From a virus (lineage: Duplodnaviria; Caudoviricetes): a DNA stretch of 48,943 nucleotides. The stretch lies in the IMG/VR virus record IMGVR_UViG_3300033067_002072, positions 1 to 48,943 of that record; one strand, given 5' to 3'. Each line of letters starts with the position of its first letter. Within the stretch, counting starts at the first letter, position 1. The position numbers were made by a program, and so were the translations under genes. The notes under the pieces were generated by a model. That model ran no database searches. It had not been told where the DNA came from and worked only from the letters and a program-made list of their open reading frames with translations. Of the stretch, positions 8,296 to 17,505 are shown piece after piece.

Positions 8296-8678
8296 GCGAT
8301 GGAAAAGGATGCCGCTGTGCGGCACAAGGGGAATCCGAATGTGCCTGCGGCACAGATTGGACCCCTCAAAAATTGTATGACCTACTGCATATTGCAGAGC
8401 AATTGCAGTTTTGGGCACGTCGATATGCCAATGGTAGAATGACTTATGCGGTTTCAGATGTAAATAATTTAACGGCAAAACTCATTGATTTAGGAGGTCA
8501 GCCAAAGGCTGATCTAGATGATTGGGATAGGGAGTTTAAAACAAATGGGACTGTATGGGCAAATGATGGAAATTTTGAATGGGCGATTGAGCCTTATGTG
8601 GAAAAGTATGGTAGGGATGGTAAAGGGGCGGGACCATCAATCCAACCCAAAGGCGAAGGATGTGGATACTCAGACTGA
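8292..8678 (+). CDS. hypothetical protein with N-terminal CxC...CxC
   Basis: SD AAGGAG; WARRYANGRMTYA motif. Confidence 0.7.
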   Translation: MSDGKGCRCAAQGESECACGTDWTPQKLYDLLHIAEQLQFWARRYANGRMTYAVSDVNNLTAKLIDLGGQPKADLDDWDREFKTNGTVWANDGNFEWAIEPYVEKYGRDGKGAGPSIQPKGEGCGYSD

Positions 8679-8920
8679 TTTCTATTATATCGAATAGATT
8701 AGTAAAATATCAAGCCGGTTACTGTTTTGGCAATTGGTATCTTTGGCACAAGCGGCACGCCAAACATCTCTATAAACACAAAGAAAACTGTGTACCAAAG
8801 GCACTTAGGGAGTTAAGAGGATCGAAACGTCTTTATAAAAAGAATATCCAAGAAAATCAAACTGCTCTGCAAAATATTGAAAAGAAAATAAAAAGATTAA
8901 GAAATTCTGTGAAGAATTAA
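8660..8920 (+). CDS. basic hypothetical protein
   Basis: Overlap-coupled ORF ending before a hairpin. Confidence 0.55.
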   Translation: MWILRLISIISNRLVKYQAGYCFGNWYLWHKRHAKHLYKHKENCVPKALRELRGSKRLYKKNIQENQTALQNIEKKIKRLRNSVKN

Positions 8921-8949
8921 ATAAGGGGCCGATCGACCCTTTATTATTT
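8920..8949 (+). terminator. imperfect hairpin with T-rich tail (weak terminator)
   Basis: AATAAGGGG...CCCTTTATT inverted repeat after the stop. Confidence 0.45.
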
Positions 8950-8976
8950 GGTTTTCGCCGCCGGAGGCACTATAAT
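8948..8976 (+). promoter_or_regulatory. sigma70-like promoter upstream of nrdJ
   Basis: TTGGTT-17 nt-TATAAT. Confidence 0.45.
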
Positions 8977-9004
8977 TACTTACCAGATTAAATAAAGGGA
9001 AGAG

Positions 9005-11416
9005 ATGTCAATTCTTACAGAAAGTTTTCTAAAAAAATACAAGACAATTCAGCCAAAATGGGGTTTCAACGGTTTAGGATATATTGTCTATAAAAGAACT
9101 TATTCAAGATTAAAACCAGATGACACTACAGAAGAATGGTGGGAAACAGTAAAGCGTTGTATTGACGGGGCACAAGAGATAGGTGCTGGTTATACAAAAG
9201 ATGAAGCAGAACGATTATTTGACCATGTCTTTAATTTACGTTGTTGTTTTGCTGGACGTAGTTTATGGCAGTTAGGTACGGATACAGTACGTCGTTTTGG
9301 TGCTAATTCACTCATTAATTGTTTTTATACAAATATTGAGGAATTGGAAGATTTTAATTTTGTGTTTGAAAATTTAATGTTAGGTGGCGGTGTAACTTTT
9401 AGTGTAAGACGGGAACACGTCCATCAACTTCCTAAGATTAAATCTGATGTAACAATTATACATAAATTAACTAAAGATGCAGATTTTATAGTCCCCGATT
9501 CTAGAGAGGGATGGGTTGAATTATTACGCAGATTCTTATCCGCCTATTTAGTTACCGGAAAAGGTTTTAGTTATTCAACTATTTTGATCCGTAGTTATGG
9601 AGAAAAGATTAATGGATTTGGTGGTACTGCTAGCGGCCCGCAAATTCTTATTGACGGATTAGAAAATATTACTAAGGTATTAAAAAATAGAGAAGGTAAG
9701 AAACTTCGTAGCATTGATATATTAGATATTGGTAATATTATTGGTTCTATTGTAGTAGCCGGTAATGTCCGTCGTACTGCCGAACTTGCTTTGGGCGATG
9801 CCGATGATATTTTATTCTTAAGGGCGAAACGTTGGGATTTAGGTAATATTCCGAATTGGCGAGCTATGTCTAATAATACAATTGCCGCCGATTCCTATGA
9901 CTATACATCTCCTGAATTTTGGAAGGGATATAATGGGGACGGGGAACCTTATGGTTTGTTTAATTTAGAACTAAGTCAGAATTATGGTCGTCTTATTGAT
10001 GGACCAATGAATAAATGCAAATTGTATCCTCAGCCTAAAGATAATTGCGAAGGAACAAATCCGTGCTGTTTCAGTATTAATTCTTATGTAGAAGTAATAC
10101 GCAGAACAGATTTAGGATATGAACATATTGATATAAAAAAGGTAAAATCAAATGATTTAATTTGGATTGATAATGAAAGAGGATGGGGAAAAACTACAAG
10201 AGGTTATTTTAATACTGGAAAATTACCTGTTTATGAACTTAATATGATTTACCAAAATACCGTAGTTTATTTTAAGGTAACTGGTAATCATAAATTTGAA
10301 ACAGATGAGAATCAATTAATTACAGTAGATGAATTAATAGAAAGACAAAAATTAATGTTGCCCTGTAATATTCGATGGGGAGAGAGGGCTACAATTAATC
10401 CAACATGCGAAAAATTATCTAATAATTACGCTCAAATTACTACTATATATTTAGTAGGCGAAGAGGAAACAGGTTGTATAGATATTGAAAATCATCACCG
10501 ATTTTGGGCTAATAACGTAATATCTGGAAATTCAGAAATTTCTCTCGCTTCTGGCGAATCTTGTAATCTTTCTGAACTTTTCTTAAACAATATAAGTTCT
10601 TTAGAAGAATTAATTGATTGTGCTAAATTACTCTACAAAACCCAAAAGGCTATTTGTGCAATGAATTATTTACATGACAAAACGACTAAAATTGTTCATA
10701 AGAATATGCGATTAGGTATCGGTATTACTGGAATCTGTCAGTCTTTTGATAAATTAAAATGGCTTGACTCTTGTTATAAAGCCCTTAGAAAATTTGACAA
10801 AGAGTGGTCTAAAGAAAGAGGTTGGAATGAAAGTATTAAACTTACTACTACTAAACCTTCAGGAACACTTAGTTTGCTCGGTGGTTCTACTCCCGGCGTA
10901 CATCCCGGTTTTGACAAATACTATATCAGACGAGTACGAATGAGTAGTTTAGATAAATTAGTAGAGATTTGTAAAAATTTAGGCTATCATACGGAATACG
11001 CTAGAACATTTGATGGAGCGAACGATCATAAAACTATAATTGTGGAATTCCCATGTTCTTGTGAAGATGCTATTATTGCTACTCAAATGACAGCAATTCA
11101 ACAATTAGAATTAGTAAAGAAGATACAAACAGATTGGGCCGATAATGCTGTAAGTGTTACCGTTTATTACCGTCTAAATGAATTAGATGGAATAAAGAAG
11201 TGGTTACAGGAAAACTATAAAACGAGTCTAAAATGCGTATCTTTCCTTTTACACTCAGATCATAATTTCGCCCAAGTCCCATATGAATCTATACCTAAAG
11301 ATAAATACCTTGAATTGATGACTAAAGTTAAACCGTTTACTTTGAATACTCTTAAAGATACAGGTGGTTCTATTGATATGGAAGAATGTGCGGGGGGAGC
11401 ATGTCCCGTAAAATAA
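9005..11416 (+). CDS. nrdJ: class II (B12-dependent) ribonucleotide reductase, intein-containing
   Basis: VYKRTYSR, SLINC, VAGNVRR, NPC/SEISL...CNL, KPSGT, C-terminal CAGGACP. Confidence 0.93.
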   Translation: MSILTESFLKKYKTIQPKWGFNGLGYIVYKRTYSRLKPDDTTEEWWETVKRCIDGAQEIGAGYTKDEAERLFDHVFNLRCCFAGRSLWQLGTDTVRRFGANSLINCFYTNIEELEDFNFVFENLMLGGGVTFSVRREHVHQLPKIKSDVTIIHKLTKDADFIVPDSREGWVELLRRFLSAYLVTGKGFSYSTILIRSYGEKINGFGGTASGPQILIDGLENITKVLKNREGKKLRSIDILDIGNIIGSIVVAGNVRRTAELALGDADDILFLRAKRWDLGNIPNWRAMSNNTIAADSYDYTSPEFWKGYNGDGEPYGLFNLELSQNYGRLIDGPMNKCKLYPQPKDNCEGTNPCCFSINSYVEVIRRTDLGYEHIDIKKVKSNDLIWIDNERGWGKTTRGYFNTGKLPVYELNMIYQNTVVYFKVTGNHKFETDENQLITVDELIERQKLMLPCNIRWGERATINPTCEKLSNNYAQITTIYLVGEEETGCIDIENHHRFWANNVISGNSEISLASGESCNLSELFLNNISSLEELIDCAKLLYKTQKAICAMNYLHDKTTKIVHKNMRLGIGITGICQSFDKLKWLDSCYKALRKFDKEWSKERGWNESIKLTTTKPSGTLSLLGGSTPGVHPGFDKYYIRRVRMSSLDKLVEICKNLGYHTEYARTFDGANDHKTIIVEFPCSCEDAIIATQMTAIQQLELVKKIQTDWADNAVSVTVYYRLNELDGIKKWLQENYKTSLKCVSFLLHSDHNFAQVPYESIPKDKYLELMTKVKPFTLNTLKDTGGSIDMEECAGGACPVK
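10067..10531 (+). mobile_element. mini-intein (155 aa, no endonuclease) in NrdJ
   Basis: Starts CFSINSYV, block B VTGNHKF, ends HRFWANNVISGN followed by Ser; removal restores GTNPC-SEISL. Confidence 0.9.
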
Positions 11417-11682
11417 GATACAAATGGTATGTAGGGCGAATTAAAGTATATCATAGAATCTGTAATAGACTACATAAACTTGAGAAGAAAATAAGAATAG
11501 ATGAAAAATTACGCCCAAATCGATCCTTGATACAATCTGTTTATAATGAGGATCACGACCAGTTGTTTAATCTTCTTTATAAGCGTCAATATTGGCAATT
11601 ACATCGACCAGATTACCGATATTTTAAATGGCCCTATATTCTTTTTAATATAAAAATATATATACCCCATACTTCAGTGTAA
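11401..11682 (+). CDS. basic hypothetical protein
   Basis: SD GGGAG before ATG 11401. Confidence 0.55.
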   Translation: MSRKIRYKWYVGRIKVYHRICNRLHKLEKKIRIDEKLRPNRSLIQSVYNEDHDQLFNLLYKRQYWQLHRPDYRYFKWPYILFNIKIYIPHTSV

Positions 11683-11684
11683 TT

Positions 11685-11713
11685 AAAGCCCGGTTTTTCC
11701 GGGCTTTTTCTTT
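11685..11713 (+). terminator. rho-independent terminator
   Basis: AAAGCCCGG-loop-CCGGGCTTT followed by TTCTTT. Confidence 0.9.
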
Positions 11714-11734
11714 GGCGTCTTAAACTTCTCCAAA

Positions 11735-11744
11735 GTGTATATAT
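11735..11744 (+). promoter_or_regulatory. GTGTATA phage promoter-like motif
   Basis: Just downstream of a terminator; 15 nt before ATG 11750. Confidence 0.65.
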
Positions 11745-11749
11745 TGGGA

Positions 11750-13228
11750 ATGAGAAACCAGCCCGTTACACCCTCTAAAGATAACCCTATCTTTTATTTA
11801 TGGAATGCTCCCATAAATGACTTATCTCATAAAAATTGGAAACATCCCAACATTAGGGTCATGGCTCGTACTTTTATTGGTCGTCCAGACGCCTTTGTGC
11901 CTACCGGCTATTCTATTCCTTCTTTACCAACGCCTGCCAGTTTTCCCTTAACATACACTGAACTGTCTGGTTTTGCCGTAGCAACCGCCCAAATAGTTGC
12001 CCACTTCTTTCATGCGGGTGGTTTGGTGCGTGGTTATGGGGCTTATAATAGCGGTTTGTATGATGGGGCTATTAGTATTCAAAATTTTGGTTATTTATCT
12101 GGCGGGGCTGCCAATTCATCTAGCCAAAGTATTTGTGCTTTAGTTGGTCATCCACACGATAGAATACCGACAATCTATCGAAGCGGTTCTTTAGCATCTA
12201 CATCGGGACAAAGCCCTTATCAAAATGCTACCAATTGGGCTACTGGAAATGTATGCGATCTAACGCTTATAATGACCAGTGGCATTCAAGAATGCAGCGG
12301 TTTCTCCAATTTATTCTTCTCAGCACTTAAAAATTATTGTGATTCTTACACAACTCCGCTGGGTACTTTAGTACAACTTTGTTATCCTAAATATATTCAT
12401 AATGATGGTGAATTATTAATTTCTAATCTTATTTATTATCAACCAAGCGGTGCGGTTGATATTGGTCATAGATTAAGTTTACAAAGAGATCCACGGTATT
12501 CCACCGCTACTATCTATCAAACACCAAATGGAACGGGTTGGAATAATATAACAATGTCAGGGGTCGAAGCCTTATTAACTGTCAATTTAAATCCTTTACC
12601 ATCTTGGTCTACTGAAGCTAATTCTGGTTTTATTCAATGGTGGTATAGAACTGCAATTTCCGCTTTATCTTATGGGTTTCAAAAGGGTTATTACGAACCT
12701 GCCAAAGCCATTTTTCCCAATCTTTTAACGTCTAATTATCACGCATTTGAAGTCCCAAGCGGTAATTATAGTCATGTCGCTTACTTACCACGAAATTGGG
12801 AAAGAATAGTGGCCCCAGTAATAAGAGAAGATTCTAATTCACCTGATCTTTATCCCTTACAAATTACGGGTACTTTATATAGTTTACCTACTTTAGATGG
12901 TTATGAAAATAATATTTATTTTCAAAATGCTAATAATTTAGCTTGTTCTATTAGTGGAGGCAGCACCAAACCTATTATTCCGTGGATTATGACGACGGGC
13001 AGTTTTGATAGTTTGCTTTTTATTAACACGCCTTATCTTGCCGAAACTTTAAAATCTTGTTATAACAATAATAGTAGTGAATATATTATGTGGGGGAACC
13101 CAACTTCCAACCCAATTACATGGACAGATGATTCCGCATTTAATGTTTGTGAATATCTTTTAGCATATTTTGCAAGAATAAAAAATAATTCTAATGTTTC
13201 GGGTTTTATTAGAAGAGGTAGAATATAA
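11750..13228 (+). CDS. putative virion-associated protein, possible TIM-barrel glycoside hydrolase-like depolymerase
   Basis: Low-charge S/G/N/Y-rich; spaced YIHNDGE, SPDLYP, KPIIPWI, EYIMWG elements. Confidence 0.5.
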   Translation: MRNQPVTPSKDNPIFYLWNAPINDLSHKNWKHPNIRVMARTFIGRPDAFVPTGYSIPSLPTPASFPLTYTELSGFAVATAQIVAHFFHAGGLVRGYGAYNSGLYDGAISIQNFGYLSGGAANSSSQSICALVGHPHDRIPTIYRSGSLASTSGQSPYQNATNWATGNVCDLTLIMTSGIQECSGFSNLFFSALKNYCDSYTTPLGTLVQLCYPKYIHNDGELLISNLIYYQPSGAVDIGHRLSLQRDPRYSTATIYQTPNGTGWNNITMSGVEALLTVNLNPLPSWSTEANSGFIQWWYRTAISALSYGFQKGYYEPAKAIFPNLLTSNYHAFEVPSGNYSHVAYLPRNWERIVAPVIREDSNSPDLYPLQITGTLYSLPTLDGYENNIYFQNANNLACSISGGSTKPIIPWIMTTGSFDSLLFINTPYLAETLKSCYNNNSSEYIMWGNPTSNPITWTDDSAFNVCEYLLAYFARIKNNSNVSGFIRRGRI

Positions 13229-14307
13229 TGGGTTTTATTAACTTTAGGGCACCGCTAGGAAATTTTGAGATCATTAGACAATCTGAAGGAAACAATGCTA
13301 ATACCATTCTTTCTTCAGCCATTGCTTCTACTGGTCATTATGTTGGGGCAAATTGGATTGCCCCTAAAACTGGCAATATTACTTCTATCGGTGTTTTGCT
13401 AACCGCTTTAAGCGGTTCTTTGCCAACTACAAATATTGTGTTAGAAGGTGTTAATACAAGTAAGGGAGCCGATAATATTGCTGCCGCAACAACTGGTTTA
13501 ATCACTTCTGTTACCAGTGGATTTGTTTGGATTCCCTTTCCTTCAACGCAAGTTAAAGAGGGTTCAGGATATTCTTGTGTTATTCGTTCGACAGGAACCG
13601 TAAGTTCTACTAACTGTGGTTTTTTTGGTTATTCTAACAATCCTTCTTCTGTTAACGCTAATGGTTATTTAAACAATTTTCCTATTCGTTTTGTGGGTTC
13701 TTTAAGTACGCCTATTGGATATTCAATGATTGTTCCTCGTTATAGCGATGGGAGTATTCCTCAAGGATTTTATATTGCAAATACGGGCAATGTTCCTTAT
13801 GGCGGTGCCACCTTTAGTTCTGGGACTTCACTTCCTTTAAAGGGTTTATTGTTTCAAACACCTTTTGAATGTAAACTTTCCTCCTTTTTAATTGCTACGG
13901 CACAAGTAAGTTCACAATCTCATACTGAAGTACGTCTTTATGATTCTGCCAATGCCTTATTATTTCGTCGAGAATTTGCGGCTAATAAAAATTGGACGGG
14001 CAATCAGGGTTGTTTACTTGTAGAACTTGCCAGTGGTATAATCGTAAAGAAAAATACTAATTATCGTTTAATCTTAAATCCTAGCGGTACAGCCGCTTTA
14101 AGTAATTATTTTAATACAATGAATAGTACGGGCGATTTACAAAATTTCTATGGTTTCTCTGGTTGTATGACTGAAGGTTCTGGAACAGGATCAAGTCTTG
14201 CATGGAAAAATTATAATAACAGCACAGATGGTTTTAGAGCGTGGATTGCCATGCCAATATTAAGTGATATTGCTATTGCCGGTCGTAGAAGAGGTACTGG
14301 TGCTTAA
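13228..14307 (+). CDS. putative virion structural/decoration protein (beta-rich)
   Basis: S/T/G/N-rich, low charge; apparent two-fold internal repeat (WIAPKTGNITSIGV / FQTPFECKLSSFLI). Confidence 0.55.
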   Translation: MGFINFRAPLGNFEIIRQSEGNNANTILSSAIASTGHYVGANWIAPKTGNITSIGVLLTALSGSLPTTNIVLEGVNTSKGADNIAAATTGLITSVTSGFVWIPFPSTQVKEGSGYSCVIRSTGTVSSTNCGFFGYSNNPSSVNANGYLNNFPIRFVGSLSTPIGYSMIVPRYSDGSIPQGFYIANTGNVPYGGATFSSGTSLPLKGLLFQTPFECKLSSFLIATAQVSSQSHTEVRLYDSANALLFRREFAANKNWTGNQGCLLVELASGIIVKKNTNYRLILNPSGTAALSNYFNTMNSTGDLQNFYGFSGCMTEGSGTGSSLAWKNYNNSTDGFRAWIAMPILSDIAIAGRRRGTGA

Positions 14308-14322
14308 TAAGAAAGGTAAAGT

Positions 14323-15054
14323 ATGATTTATAAGAATGTTGCAAGTCAAAAAGCCCTAGTATTCATATACGATATTAATAATAATAGTCCATTGACTGGA
14401 TATGGTTCGGCTGTCTCTGGCTTTGTGTCTAGAGATGGTGGGGCACCATCGGGGTTAACCACCCCGAACCCCGTAGAAATTACGGGTGGTCTTTATTATT
14501 ATTCCTTAACCCAAAATGAAACAAATGGTGACGTTTTAGGTTTGATTTCCTATTCTTCAAGTGGTAACGTTGCTATTGATCCCCTTATCTTTTATACTTC
14601 TGCACAAACACCTTCGGTTAATGCGGTCCAAATTGGTGGTTCTACAACCGCCGCAAATAACACTTCCAGTTTCTTTACAACTGGTTATGCCGCAACAAAC
14701 TCTTCATTAGGTGCTGTAGGTACCGTTTCTGGTAATCTAACTGTTTCTGGATTATATGATGCAAATATTGTATCAATCAGTGGTAGTGCGATTTCTGCCA
14801 AGAATCTTGCCCTCTTCTTTAATGCTTCTGGTTATGCAGCCAGCGGATCAGTTAATAAGTTAAACGGTAGAACACCTGATAACATCACCTTTGATAATAT
14901 GTGGGAAATCTTAACGGGTTGTGCGGCTGGTAAAGTGACTGGTGCTTCAAGTGGTGCATCTGTAATTAATATCAGAAACTATGCTGATACTAAGAACGTC
15001 GTAAGCCTTAATGTTGATACTTATGGTAATAGATCTTCAGGAGTTGTTGCATAA
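14323..15054 (+). CDS. putative virion/tail-associated protein
   Basis: S/G/N-rich; SD AAAGG; N-terminal KNVASQK...SRDGGA...GLYYYSLTQNETNGD domain. Confidence 0.55.
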   Translation: MIYKNVASQKALVFIYDINNNSPLTGYGSAVSGFVSRDGGAPSGLTTPNPVEITGGLYYYSLTQNETNGDVLGLISYSSSGNVAIDPLIFYTSAQTPSVNAVQIGGSTTAANNTSSFFTTGYAATNSSLGAVGTVSGNLTVSGLYDANIVSISGSAISAKNLALFFNASGYAASGSVNKLNGRTPDNITFDNMWEILTGCAAGKVTGASSGASVINIRNYADTKNVVSLNVDTYGNRSSGVVA

Positions 15055-15236
15055 TGGCCGGTAACAGAATAAAATATATACCAAATAACTCTAGGCCCAA
15101 TAGAAGTATTCCTATTTTCTATCAGCCAGTAGAAGCCTCATCTCCACCCGGTGGTGGGGCCGGGGATTTAAGAGGCCCTTCTTTAACAAACCTAAAAGTT
15201 TTAAGACAAGCGACCCATAAAATAGGCAGAAAATAA
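15054..15236 (+). CDS. small basic hypothetical protein
   Basis: TAATG coupling on both sides. Confidence 0.6.
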   Translation: MAGNRIKYIPNNSRPNRSIPIFYQPVEASSPPGGGAGDLRGPSLTNLKVLRQATHKIGRK

Positions 15237-16069
15237 TGAAGAAGATAGGAATAATAATATTTTGTTGTGTTCTATTAGTTTCTTGTAATAAGAAAGGTTT
15301 TATTAAATACGATGTTTTAGATAGTACAAAGCAAATTGAAACATCAAGCAATAAAATTATTGAACAAACACAAACTATCGAAAAAGAAAAACCTGAATTA
15401 AAGCCCCAACTTGATCCAATTGCTGTAGAAGCCCAAAGAATTTTAGAATTTAGTGGTAATATCACTAAAGGATATCAGCAATTTTCTACGGATACTTCTA
15501 CCATTATAGATAATTTACAAAAACAAAATAAGAAATTTGAAGATGTAATTAAAAAACAACAGGGCGAAATCAAAGATTTAAAATCCCAAAAAGATTTATG
15601 GTACGACAGGTGTTTAGCGGCTATAATTATAGCATCAGGATTGGGTGTAGCGGTTTCCCTCGTCTTATTCTTTATGGGTAAACTGCCCAGTTTAACCTTC
15701 TCTTTAGTAGGAATTGCTGTTCTAGCAGGAGCAATTTTTCTAAAGGTCTTACAAGCCTATTTCCTTTATGTAGCAGGTGGATTTGGTCTACTTATTGCTA
15801 TTATCATAGGTTATGTTGCTTTTACTCATAAGAAACAAAGCATTAATAAAGACAAAGGGATTTCGGAAATCGTTAATTCTGTTAATAAAGGAATTGAAGA
15901 AGGGGCGATCGATCCAGCCAAATTTAGTGAAATTGCTAATAAAAACCAAACTCCTAATTTAGGTAAAGCCCTAGTGGATAGAGTTCAAGGAAAGTTAAAT
16001 GAAACAAACTTTAATCGTGTTTTTGGGAAGCGTCGGACAAAGAGAAGTGATTCAAGTAAAGGAAAATAA
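15236..16069 (+). CDS. predicted lipoprotein with coiled coil and three TM helices
   Basis: MKK + hydrophobic + LVSC lipobox; heptad-rich middle; three hydrophobic segments. Confidence 0.75.
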   Translation: MKKIGIIIFCCVLLVSCNKKGFIKYDVLDSTKQIETSSNKIIEQTQTIEKEKPELKPQLDPIAVEAQRILEFSGNITKGYQQFSTDTSTIIDNLQKQNKKFEDVIKKQQGEIKDLKSQKDLWYDRCLAAIIIASGLGVAVSLVLFFMGKLPSLTFSLVGIAVLAGAIFLKVLQAYFLYVAGGFGLLIAIIIGYVAFTHKKQSINKDKGISEIVNSVNKGIEEGAIDPAKFSEIANKNQTPNLGKALVDRVQGKLNETNFNRVFGKRRTKRSDSSKGK

Positions 16070-16226
16070 ATTTTTCCTTGATGATGGGGAATGGTATGAA
16101 GTGCCCCATGTCTATGCGTTTAAAGGTAATAGACAAGATTGTATAGATAAAATGACGGCGGATATTAATAAATTCTTTGATGAAATGGAACTTGAGGATA
16201 ATAAAAATGCCCCTATACTCATATGA
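16047..16226 (+). CDS. hypothetical protein
   Basis: Probable GTG start within ORF 15999-16226. Confidence 0.5.
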   Translation: MIQVKENKFFLDDGEWYEVPHVYAFKGNRQDCIDKMTADINKFFDEMELEDNKNAPILI

Positions 16227-16542
16227 GATTCTTACAGACAATGATGAACCAACTGGGGAAATCATGGATATCTTTCAAACTATGTCAGAAGAACATTTGA
16301 CAAAAGATCCAAAAAGTGGTAGAAAAATTAGAAAAATAATTTCCTGCCCCACTATACTTATAGATAGTACGAAGCCTAAGACTCTTGGAGCGTTGGCTGA
16401 AAAAAATACGGCTGAGATGCTTAAAAACGGTGATCCTAGGGTGAAGCCTCCGACAACAAAGAAGAAAAAACTAAACACGCGGGGTTGGACGCCACGCCAA
16501 ACAGAACGCTACATTATGGAAGGACATAAACCCAATGTCTGA
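16207..16542 (+). CDS. FmdB-family zinc-ribbon-like protein lacking the CxxC pairs
   Basis: MPLYSYE...DIFQTMSEEHLTKDPKSG..IRKIIS follows the FmdB pattern; SD GAGG. Confidence 0.7.
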   Translation: MPLYSYEILTDNDEPTGEIMDIFQTMSEEHLTKDPKSGRKIRKIISCPTILIDSTKPKTLGALAEKNTAEMLKNGDPRVKPPTTKKKKLNTRGWTPRQTERYIMEGHKPNV

Positions 16543-16810
16543 TCTGGAACATATAGATGGGGGCGAACAAACCATATCCTGTAGTGACTGTAATATGCCT
16601 CTTATGCATTATCGTGTACATACTCCAAAACATAAAAGTGTACAAAAATTAGTGGCGAAGTGCCCCTTTTGTAACGGGCAGTCATTTATGAAAACAATAG
16701 AAGGTCTTTTCTGGTACGGTCCCATTGGGCCTGATGAATCAGTAAACTTTACTACGGTTGTGGGTATGGATTTAAAGGATGGTATTTGGTATTTTAGTGT
16801 GAGTAAATAA
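16535..16810 (+). CDS. zinc-ribbon protein
   Basis: CSDC...CPFC. Confidence 0.7.
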   Translation: MSDLEHIDGGEQTISCSDCNMPLMHYRVHTPKHKSVQKLVAKCPFCNGQSFMKTIEGLFWYGPIGPDESVNFTTVVGMDLKDGIWYFSVSK

Positions 16811-17199
16811 TGGGCAGAGTAACAAATAGCGAATTGGCATTAAGTCTGGTAAAAACAAAAGACGCGGTTTCTAGTTATGTTTTTCAGGGTAAAAAGACTC
16901 AGTATTATAATAAAGCAGGAACTAGTTTCGCTCAATTAGATGATCAAGATACAGTAGCAAAAGCAGTTATTACTGATACATCTAAAACTTTTTATATTAA
17001 GTTTAATCAAAAAAATGAGGCATTTGACCCTCACAATAGATTGTATTTAGAAGTTAGTTTTAAGTATGCGTGTCAAATAGGTTTAAAGGATGATTGTTTT
17101 AAATTTATCTTAGTGCAAGAAGATACGTTTAACTACTATATTTCATATCTTAAGAACAAAAAGTTAACTTACTTACACAAAGTAAATCAAGCAATATAA
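16810..17199 (+). CDS. hypothetical protein
   Basis: TAATG coupling. Confidence 0.7.
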   Translation: MGRVTNSELALSLVKTKDAVSSYVFQGKKTQYYNKAGTSFAQLDDQDTVAKAVITDTSKTFYIKFNQKNEAFDPHNRLYLEVSFKYACQIGLKDDCFKFILVQEDTFNYYISYLKNKKLTYLHKVNQAI

Positions 17200-17208
17200 A
17201 GGAAGAAA

Positions 17209-17505
17209 ATGCTTACAAAACAAGAGTTAGAAACTTTAGAAGAATTCATTGATGGTTTGAACGGTAAAAAGAGTTTAGCGACCCACAAGCAGACCATTCT
17301 GGATTTTGTGAAGAATTCTTTAAGTGAAAAGAAAAGCGGCGTTAAAGACGCTTACACTAGAGGTTCAAAGGATTGTTTTATTAAGACCAATACGAATGTA
17401 CGAGAGTTATCGGCCCAACGCCAACGCGAAAAAGAAAAGGGATTTAAGGTTGGGACAAGCGGCGAATCACAGGCTGGCGATAAAATTCAACGAAAGTTCG
17501 ACTAA
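17209..17505 (+). CDS. hypothetical protein
   Basis: SD AAGGA. Confidence 0.7.
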   Translation: MLTKQELETLEEFIDGLNGKKSLATHKQTILDFVKNSLSEKKSGVKDAYTRGSKDCFIKTNTNVRELSAQRQREKEKGFKVGTSGESQAGDKIQRKFD

